Assembly (NCBI GenBank): GCA_905207625.1
Contig: CAJLLT010000003.1
Coordinates: 43,924-107,923 of the forward strand
Direction: 5' to 3'
From: an uncultured Eubacteriales bacterium
Lineage (GTDB): Bacteria > Bacillota > Clostridia > Oscillospirales > UBA644
DNA: 64,000 nucleotides
In this document: positions 17,746-26,100 of the stretch, piece by piece
Layout: every line of letters begins with the position of its first letter
How positions within the stretch are numbered: position 1 is the stretch's first letter
Program-made: the position numbers and the translations under genes
Notes under the pieces: model-generated
What the model saw: the letters and a program-made list of their open reading frames with translations, nothing else
Database searches by the model: none
Told to the model about the DNA's origin: nothing

Positions 17746-20640
17746 ATGAAAAGAATTATATCCGTTATCCTTGTTCTCGCCCTTATGGCTTCCGTTGCGG
17801 TGGTGCTTTCTTCCTGTAAAGGCGCTTCCGATAAGAGCGGCTCCTATATCACCGACGAACAGCGTGCGGCTCATATAGCAAAGCTTGTGGGCGACGGGCT
17901 GATTATTGCCGAAAACGTGGAGCATGTCTCCACTCAGAAGGATCCGATCACCGGTGAAGATGTGGATTATTATACCTACATCTGGACCATAGATCCCGAT
18001 TACCGCGACGTCGTGGGACAGACCGGCAAGACTCCCACCTCCAAAAGTAAAAACGGTCTCGACGAGATGACGCTCATAACCGAAAACAGCAAATATGCGC
18101 TGTATATGAACGTATCCGCCAAGAATCCGGGGGATATAGCCGTTCTGGATAAAGCCACAGAAAACGTTTATCACTCCAATCCCACGATATCCAACAGTGA
18201 TTATACGAATCTCAGCGTCGGCGATGAATCTCTGAAAAATCTTCTGATCTCTGCCCTGTCTATTGAGGCGTACGACATTTCCAACAAGAAGTACGAGTTC
18301 AATACCCGGACCGACTGCATCGAAGATCTCAATCTGAAGATAGTCAAGACTGCCGAGGACTCGGTCAGAATAATCTATACCCTTGGTAAAGACCCCGATA
18401 AGGAACTCGTTCCTACGGTCATGACCGAAAAGACCTGGGATTGGGTCATGAGCAAGCTTTCTTTGCTTGGACTCGAGGGTGAGCTTTACATGAGCGACCT
18501 TGAGTTCAACTACAAGCACGTCACTCCCTCCACCCTTACCACAGAGGAAAGAGATTCCCTGGTCAAGTATTTCCCCACAATTGAAACGGACAATATGTAC
18601 ATTGCCCGCAGCATGGGTACCAAGCAGAAGCAGCTGGTCAGAGAAGCTCTGACGGCAGCGGGCTTTACCGTGGAAATGCTGAAAAGAGAAATGGAAAATG
18701 TGGAGTACAGCGGTCCCGCAAGAGCCGTTATGTATACCATTCCCGTTGATCTGAAACTGGATGACAACGGTCTTTCCGTTACTGTTGATACGGCCCTTGT
18801 TCAGGGTCCGTCCAAGCAGAAACTGTATAAGATTTATCTGTACCGTTCTCTGGGCGCGTTCACCCCAAGTGCAAAGCTTAAAAACAGCCAGTACATGATA
18901 ATCCCCGACGGATCCGGCGCGATAATGCCGGCGGAGGGAAATCTGACCACAGAGGCGTTTTCCTCCCGGGTCTACGGTGATGACTACACCTTCCAGGCGG
19001 ATCTTTCCACCTCCAGAACCGAGCAGGTGCTTTCCCCGTTCCTGATCTATGACAGATCTGATATGGGAGGTCTGATGGCGGTTGTGGAAAGCGGTGCGGC
19101 GCAGACATATGCTACCGCGCGTCCCGCCAACAAGTCCAATAACCCCGCGGCTTCCATAAACTTCGATCTTATATATACCGAGCGTGACTACCGTACCTAT
19201 TCCAACGGCCAGGGTGCTGACACTTCGTCCTCCGACGGCAGTTCTTCAACAGCCTCCGGGTCCTCCGGTATAGTTCTTTCCAAGGAAGAGCCTGATGTTG
19301 TGTTCACGGTTCGCTATATACCCACAGCCGGAAATAAGACTTATTCCGAATATGCTGAGCTTTACCGTAATTACCTTATAAATAGCGGCAAGCTTCCCGC
19401 AAACGGAAAGGCTGATACCACAACTCCTCTCTATGTGGAACTTATGGGCTCGGTCAACCGTACGGAATCCGTTGCCGGAATTCCGGCTGACAAACAGAAA
19501 TCCCTGACGGGATATGCCGACGTGAAAACCATTGTCGACAAACTTCTGGATGCGGGCATAAGCAACATCGATGTCCGGTACACCGCCTGGGCAAACGGCG
19601 GCTTCTATAACAGCATCAACGATAAACTGCGGACTCTGAAGGTCCTCGGTTCCGAGAGTGAACTCAAGGAACTTACAAATTACCTCAAGAGTGCCAATGT
19701 CGGATTCTACACTGATGCGGATTTCCTTTACATATACAAGGACGAGACCTTTGATTCCCTGAATTACACTCAGGATACGGCGAGACGTCTTGACATGCGC
19801 ATCGGAAAGAAATACAAGCGCAATTTCTCCTCCGGAGAGGTTGAATCCTCCCTGACAAATATCCGGACAATCCTTGCGGCTGATCTTATACCGGTGATTG
19901 CCGGCAGCTATAAGACATCCCTTGAGAAAGTCATAGACACCAAGCAGATATCCTTCGGTGATATAGGTGCGGACATAAACTCCAACTATAAAACCGGACG
20001 GATCAGCAGCCGTGACGATGCCCTTGCATATCAGCTCCAGGTTCTGAAACTTTACGACGGCTATGAGAAGATGTTTACCACCGGCAATGACTATGTCTGG
20101 GCTGAGGCAACACATATAATCAATCTGCCCATGGGGTCAAGCGACTATATGTCCACGACTTATTCCATCCCCTTTATCCAGATGCTTCTGCACGGGTATG
20201 TGAACTATACCGGCAAGGCCGTAAACAGAAATGCGGATTATCAGAATCAGCTTCTTCTCTGCCTTGAAACGGGAAGCGGGGTTGCGGTGAGATGGATGGC
20301 TGCCGACAACAGCATCTTTGATAACACCGATATGGTGGACTATTACTCCATGCACTATGAAGATTCTTTTGATAAAGTCGTTGATTTCTACAAAAAGGTC
20401 TCGGCGGTGCTGGATAAAGTCTCTACCCTTAAAATAACCGAGCACAAGTATGTTGACGTTTACGCGGCGGCTCCCGACGTGGCTGAGGACGGTACGGTCT
20501 CCGGCAGAGGCGCGGGCACGGTGGCTGCGACTACCTACGGCGGTAAGTATACCGTTTACGTCAACTACGGAAACAGCGACGTCTATCTTGCCGACGGTAC
20601 GGCAATTCCCGCAAAGGGCTATGTGGAGGTGACAAAATGA
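17746..20640 (+). CDS. Large lipoprotein of unknown function (DUF5696-like by recollection)
   Basis: 964 aa. Lipobox VVLSSC at residues 19-24. No catalytic motif recognised. The family assignment is from memory of neighbourhood annotations and needs an HMM check. Confidence 0.65.
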   Translation: MKRIISVILVLALMASVAVVLSSCKGASDKSGSYITDEQRAAHIAKLVGDGLIIAENVEHVSTQKDPITGEDVDYYTYIWTIDPDYRDVVGQTGKTPTSKSKNGLDEMTLITENSKYALYMNVSAKNPGDIAVLDKATENVYHSNPTISNSDYTNLSVGDESLKNLLISALSIEAYDISNKKYEFNTRTDCIEDLNLKIVKTAEDSVRIIYTLGKDPDKELVPTVMTEKTWDWVMSKLSLLGLEGELYMSDLEFNYKHVTPSTLTTEERDSLVKYFPTIETDNMYIARSMGTKQKQLVREALTAAGFTVEMLKREMENVEYSGPARAVMYTIPVDLKLDDNGLSVTVDTALVQGPSKQKLYKIYLYRSLGAFTPSAKLKNSQYMIIPDGSGAIMPAEGNLTTEAFSSRVYGDDYTFQADLSTSRTEQVLSPFLIYDRSDMGGLMAVVESGAAQTYATARPANKSNNPAASINFDLIYTERDYRTYSNGQGADTSSSDGSSSTASGSSGIVLSKEEPDVVFTVRYIPTAGNKTYSEYAELYRNYLINSGKLPANGKADTTTPLYVELMGSVNRTESVAGIPADKQKSLTGYADVKTIVDKLLDAGISNIDVRYTAWANGGFYNSINDKLRTLKVLGSESELKELTNYLKSANVGFYTDADFLYIYKDETFDSLNYTQDTARRLDMRIGKKYKRNFSSGEVESSLTNIRTILAADLIPVIAGSYKTSLEKVIDTKQISFGDIGADINSNYKTGRISSRDDALAYQLQVLKLYDGYEKMFTTGNDYVWAEATHIINLPMGSSDYMSTTYSIPFIQMLLHGYVNYTGKAVNRNADYQNQLLLCLETGSGVAVRWMAADNSIFDNTDMVDYYSMHYEDSFDKVVDFYKKVSAVLDKVSTLKITEHKYVDVYAAAPDVAEDGTVSGRGAGTVAATTYGGKYTVYVNYGNSDVYLADGTAIPAKGYVEVTK

Positions 20641-21593
20641 GTTCTAAAAGCCGAACCGGCGCGATTAAAACGCCGAAAAGAGGGCTCTTCCACGTTTCCC
20701 TCGAGAGGAAACAGAATCTATACGGATATATCTTCGTACTTCCTATTATAATAGGTTTCGTTGCTCTGTATATCCCGGTTCTGATTCAGTCCTTCATCTA
20801 TTCCGTCAGTGAGATCCAGACCACCGGCGGCGCGGGTTTCAAAACCGTGTTTGTCGGTTGGGAAAACTACAACCAGGCTCTGTTCGTAGAGGACGGATTC
20901 CTGAGAACTGTGGTTGAGTCCACCGGAAGCCTGATAGCTCAGATCCCGGTCGTTCTGATCTTTGCATTCTTCATGGCAAATATCCTGAATCAGAAATTTG
21001 TCGGACGCGCCGTCGCACGTGTTATATTTTTCATTCCCGTTATAGTTTCCACCGGTATAATAACCCAGATGGAAAGCATGAATGCCACCATGACCGACAT
21101 TTATGCGGCGGGAACGAAAATGGAAGTGGGCGCTGCGGCTTCGATATTCAATTATTCCCAGCTGGAGTCGATTATTTCCGAATCCCTCGGAAACTCCGAT
21201 CTTGCGGGGATAGTTGTGGGGGCGGTCAACGGACTGAATTCAGTCGTAACTTCTTCCGGAGTTCAGATGCTCATATTCCTTGCCGGACTGCAGGGAATAT
21301 CCGTAAGTATGTATGAATCCGCAAAGGTTGAGGGTGCGACCGGTTGGGAGACCTTCTGGAAGATATCCTTCCCCATGATCAGCCCGCTGATATTGGTTAA
21401 CCTTATATATACCGTAATAGATCTGTTTACCAAGTCCGACAATGACGCTATTCAGTATATAAACGCCAAACTCGCGGAATCAAGTTCTTACGCCCTCAGT
21501 TCTGCTCTGTCCTGGATCTATGCCGCCGTAGTGCTTGTGTTCGTCGGCGTGGTGTATATGCTGGTACAGAAGCTGATAGTCTATCAGGATTAG
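20637..21593 (+). CDS. ABC transporter permease (CUT1-type), pair 2
   Basis: ATGA overlap with the upstream gene. 318 aa. EAA loop YESAKVEGATGWETFWKISFP. Confidence 0.85.
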   Translation: MSSKSRTGAIKTPKRGLFHVSLERKQNLYGYIFVLPIIIGFVALYIPVLIQSFIYSVSEIQTTGGAGFKTVFVGWENYNQALFVEDGFLRTVVESTGSLIAQIPVVLIFAFFMANILNQKFVGRAVARVIFFIPVIVSTGIITQMESMNATMTDIYAAGTKMEVGAAASIFNYSQLESIISESLGNSDLAGIVVGAVNGLNSVVTSSGVQMLIFLAGLQGISVSMYESAKVEGATGWETFWKISFPMISPLILVNLIYTVIDLFTKSDNDAIQYINAKLAESSSYALSSALSWIYAAVVLVFVGVVYMLVQKLIVYQD

Positions 21594-21604
21594 GAGGCGT
21601 AAAG

Positions 21605-22588
21605 ATGAAACAGATAAATTACGAATCCGAAATCAAGGTAGCCGAAAAGAAGAACTTTTTCGAGCGTTTTCTTGAAAAGGTCAATCCGAAACGTTTCAAG
21701 GGCTTTGACTGGGCCCGTTGGAAACGGAAGAACCTTAACTGGAACGGTGTCGGAAGATTCGGTTGGTCGATACTGAGATTCATAATAATATTCGGTATAT
21801 CCTTTATGATTCTCTATCCCTTCCTGGTTAAGATCATAGTTTCTCTCATGTCGGTAAATGACCTTGCGGATAACACTGTAATGTATATTCCCCGTGAAGG
21901 ATCCACATATTTCTTCACCCGTGCGGCGAACAATATTTCTTACTGGTCTTCACTGTTGTATACATTCCTGTTGTCGCTGATAGTGGCTGTCGCACAGCTG
22001 TTTGTTGCGTCCTTCGTGGGCTATGGCTTTGCCCGGTTCAAGTTCAAGGGCTCCAACCTGCTGTTCTTCATTGTTCTGCTGACGCTGCTGATCCCGGCGG
22101 AGGTTATAAAGCTTCCGTTGTATGTACGTTTCAATTCCATGGGTATGCTCAACACCTTCTGGCCCCTGACCATAATGTCCTTTACGGGACTGGGCCTGAA
22201 GAACGGTCTTTACATATACCTTATGAGACAGTTCTTCCGCGGAATGCCGAAGGAGCTTGAGATGTCCGCATACATTGACGGTGCGGGATGCTTCAGAACC
22301 TTCTTCCAGATAATGCTTCCCAACGCTTTCAATATGATGATAACGGTTTTCCTCTTTGCCTTCACCTGGCAATGGACGGACACCACCTATAACTCCATGC
22401 TGATGCCGGATATGTCCATACTTTCCAACACCATTGTAAATGTTACAAAGGGTGTTACGGATGTGGCGCAGCAGAGTGCTCTGGTGGATACCGCAACGCT
22501 GATCGTTATCGCGCCCCTGCTTATAGTATTCCTGTTTGCTCAGAGACACTTTATTCAGGGTATTGAGCGCAGCGGTCTGGTAGAGTAA
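21605..22588 (+). CDS. ABC transporter permease (CUT1-type), pair 2
   Basis: 327 aa. EAA-like loop EMSAYIDGAGCFRTFFQIMLP. Long cytoplasmic N-terminus. Confidence 0.85.
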   Translation: MKQINYESEIKVAEKKNFFERFLEKVNPKRFKGFDWARWKRKNLNWNGVGRFGWSILRFIIIFGISFMILYPFLVKIIVSLMSVNDLADNTVMYIPREGSTYFFTRAANNISYWSSLLYTFLLSLIVAVAQLFVASFVGYGFARFKFKGSNLLFFIVLLTLLIPAEVIKLPLYVRFNSMGMLNTFWPLTIMSFTGLGLKNGLYIYLMRQFFRGMPKELEMSAYIDGAGCFRTFFQIMLPNAFNMMITVFLFAFTWQWTDTTYNSMLMPDMSILSNTIVNVTKGVTDVAQQSALVDTATLIVIAPLLIVFLFAQRHFIQGIERSGLVE

Positions 22589-22685
22589 TTCTCTTCCGGT
22601 TCCAGGCTTTTATCATCGGACAGAAGATTTCCCCTCGGGTATGTTCGGGTCCGGCTGCCCGCTGTTATCAAATGTAATAATTACG

Positions 22686-22724
22686 GCGTTTTCCCTTTTC
22701 ATCAAAAGGGAGAACGCTGTTTTT
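22686..22724 (+). terminator. Rho-independent terminator ending the eight-gene operon
   Basis: 14-bp stem GCGTTTTCCCTTTT / AAAAGGGAGAACGC (one G-T pair), loop CATC, then TGTTTTTGTTTC. Confidence 0.8.
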
Positions 22725-22947
22725 GTTTCTTTTGTAATATATTACAGCGGGCCGGTGACATAAAAAGGTCCCCGGAGGGGGTGGGACAGCCTGTCTTTTG
22801 CCCCCGGAAAGGGTTCCCTGACAGTGAAAATTGCGGAAGAAGTTACCCGGGATTGTGTAAATAGCTAATATGTAACGGTTTTTAGTATTAAAATTTTGTG
22901 CAAACATACAAATTACAGACTCATTACAAAAATATTTCAATTTGGTA

Positions 22948-22976
22948 TTGACAATTCCGGGGTTTTAAGGTATAAT
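22948..22976 (+). promoter_or_regulatory. Perfect consensus promoter of the giant secreted-protein gene
   Basis: TTGACA (22948-22953), 17 bp, TATAAT (22971-22976). Predicted leader of about 155 nt before ATG 23136. Confidence 0.75.
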
Positions 22977-23135
22977 GTGTACAAGGCAAAGGGGCGTAGT
23001 GCCACCAAACCGCATGAAATCACGGAAATTACACTGAGTAAGCGCTGTGTAATCTTTATGACGGAGGCGGGGAGGGTCATTACAAACCGCAGGCCGAAAG
23101 TTATTTTTTTCTATCTTAACAGGAGGAAACCCTTA

Positions 23136-26100
23136 ATGAGCAAGAAAATTCTGTCTGCAATCATAGCGATTGCGATGGTTGTTTCTATTCTTGCGACCGG
23201 CTTCGTTGCTTCCACAGGTGCCGCTGTAGAAGCCAGCGACTATGCTTCCATGCTCACCAAATATGAGCAGAAGCACGAACAGCTGTTCGCAAATGGACCT
23301 TTCTGGTCTATGAGAGCAACCATTATGTCCGCTTCCGTCGGTCTTCTGAAGAATAAGTCCGGCGCGAAGAAAGGCCTTGCTGACTACTATGGCGAAAGCA
23401 AGTCCGATCTTATGGGTACGTCCGATGCTCTGGCTGCCCGTAACTCTATTCTTTCCGCCCTCGACCTTCTCAAACTGGTCGCTGACGATGGTAACTCTCT
23501 GGGATTCTTTGGTGTAAATCCCAAGTTTGTATGGATGAACGGACTTTCCGTTAGCAAGGGCGAGTTCGAGTTCGGTTACAACTGGGGTGCCAATGATACA
23601 GGTGTAACCGCCGAAGACTTCCTGAAAGTTGTTGCTGAGTTCAATAAAGTAGCTTCCAGAGACGACAAGATTGACACTGCCAGTGCAAGAGCAGTTGCCA
23701 AGATCTGGGGTGCTTCCAACTGGGCTGAAGCTTATGCTGCTTTCGGTCTGGATCTGCCCGATGGTATTGTCCCCGCTTACAACAATGCTATCTACCTGGC
23801 TGATCAGATTATTATAATGGAGACCGGTTCCGACGCTTATGCTACCACTCTTTCCGGTGAAGCTGCGTTCTATACCTGGTTCATGAACCTCCTCGTTGAG
23901 AAGGGACTCGTTCTCGGTAACGATGACGACGAAGCCCTCCGCAACACCGCAAGAGATGAGCAGAAGGTTCTGAACGCTCGTGTTCTTTACAGCGAGTATG
24001 ACAGCAGCGAGTGGAACTCCATAGTTGATGTTATCGCACTTGATGCTGACAGAGGCGCTTATTCCTCTTACGCATTCCAGGGCACCGGCAATGTTTACAA
24101 TCAGATGGGCGTTGAACTTCTCAACTCTCAGCTCGGTGAGTTCATTGTTTATGCCGACTCCGTTTACTACTTCCTGAAGAGAGCTATCGAAGAGAACATG
24201 GACGCAGCTGTTGTTGCTCCTGTTGCCAAAGAGCTCCAGGTTTGTATCGATGTCATCAATACCGTTCTTAAGTATCTTGAGCAGCAGGTAAGAACCGGCT
24301 ACAACAAGCCCGGTGCTGTTCCTCAGATCGCTTTCAACTTCCAGGGTGAAGAAAACGATGCTCAGATCGCTACCTATGACCAGATTCTGAACAACTATCC
24401 CGGCAGCGAAAACCCCTATAAAATGTTTAACTATGCTACCGGTGAGAGCGACAGATCCACCGACACGGATTTCGAGTTCGGTACTGTCTGGCTGGGCAGC
24501 AAGAGCAACTTTGACAACGGCAATTATGGTACCATAGTTTATGAGCCCGCTAATGACGTAGCCGTTGAAGGTCTCTCCGGTTATGCCGCAGAGCTCTACA
24601 ACTATAAGAACTGGGTCGAAAAGGTTGACCGTGAAGATTATTATGATGCTGAACGTGGCTTTATTAATCTGTACGCTCTTGACCAGACCGGCCGCTACAA
24701 TGTAGGCGCTGTTTACGGCTGGACCTCCTTCGCTCAGATCCGCAATATCCCCGAACTGAAGGATTATTTCCACGTATTTGAAACCGCTCTGAAGAATGCT
24801 GAAAACTACAGAGGTAACGGCGTTCTTTACACCGATTTCTACAAGATCAAGGGTTCCGTTGACAAGGCTTGGAATGATTTCGTAACTGCGGTCAATGCCT
24901 ACCTGTCCAAGGGATTCATTGATACCACCTTCACCGATTCCGCTGCTGAAGAGGCTGCTTACTACGGTGATCTTGTAAAGATCCTTGAATTCTACGAGAA
25001 TAACCTTGAAGGCATTTATAGTAGCAGTTCTTACTTCAAGCTCAACGCTGCTGTTTCCAGAGCGGAAACCATCGTTAACCTGATAAAGGATACCGAAGAG
25101 CTTGATCCCAAGAATACCTATATCATTCTTAAGGGCATTGGCAACGAGACTTTCGTTTCCATCATCAATGATCTTCTTTCCGAGATCGCAGCTCTTGATC
25201 CCGCTGCCGACAGACTTGAAGTCAGCCAGTCTGACCTCGATGAAGCTTATGCTCTCATCAGAAAAGCTCTGTTTATCCAGCAGTACAAGAACCTTGATAA
25301 GGCTACCAATGAGGCGGTTACCGAACTCATCGAGAACCTGAAGTCCCTCCTTCCCACTGAGGCTGGTGTGGCTTCCAACTATGTCATCGCCAAGGATACC
25401 CTTGACAAGAAGGCTGACGGTGTTCACTATGAGTACGGCAGCTCCGATGACTACTACAGCAATGAGGACACCAAGTCCAACCTCAACCACGCTATAACCA
25501 TTAAGTTCAATCTCCATTACTTCTCTTTCATCAATTGTCTGTATACTCTCGAAGACGTAGTATTCGAACTCGAGAATATGGATACCGAAGATCCTTCCTC
25601 CGAAATCATTGTGGTTCCCGAAGGTTCTTCCAATAACGGCGACCAGCTTGCTCAGCTCGCAGGTAGATTCTTCTTCCTGTACAACGCTGATGTCATCGGC
25701 GCTGACGTTAACGGCAGAAAGCTTGCCGAAAGCGTAATCGGCGAATATCGTACCAACCAGCAGGGTCTTACCTATCTGGCTGACAACACCATGATAGACG
25801 CCAACACCATCGCAGCTGAAAACCTCAAGACCGGCAAGGCTTGGGACTACGGCTTCAACATGATGGATAAATCCACCTGGGCTGAAATGTGCTGGTGGTA
25901 CTTCCCCTACAACTTCCATGGCCACCACGGCGAAAACAACAACCGGTCTTCTTATGAACCCCAGCCCTATCGTATGTACACCGATAACGTGAAGATCCTC
26001 GCTGCCATCGCATTTGGCGAAGGCACCGGCGACGCTCCCGTTAACTACGGTTACGCTTACGATATGTATGCTTACTTCCTGGAAGTTCTCGGCCAGGCTC

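Noticed and set aside
22896-23135. N-terminal 80-codon extension of the giant ORF in the track
   Set aside because: It would start upstream of and read through the consensus promoter and leader. No SD is present there, whereas AGGAGG and a signal peptide occur at ATG 23136.
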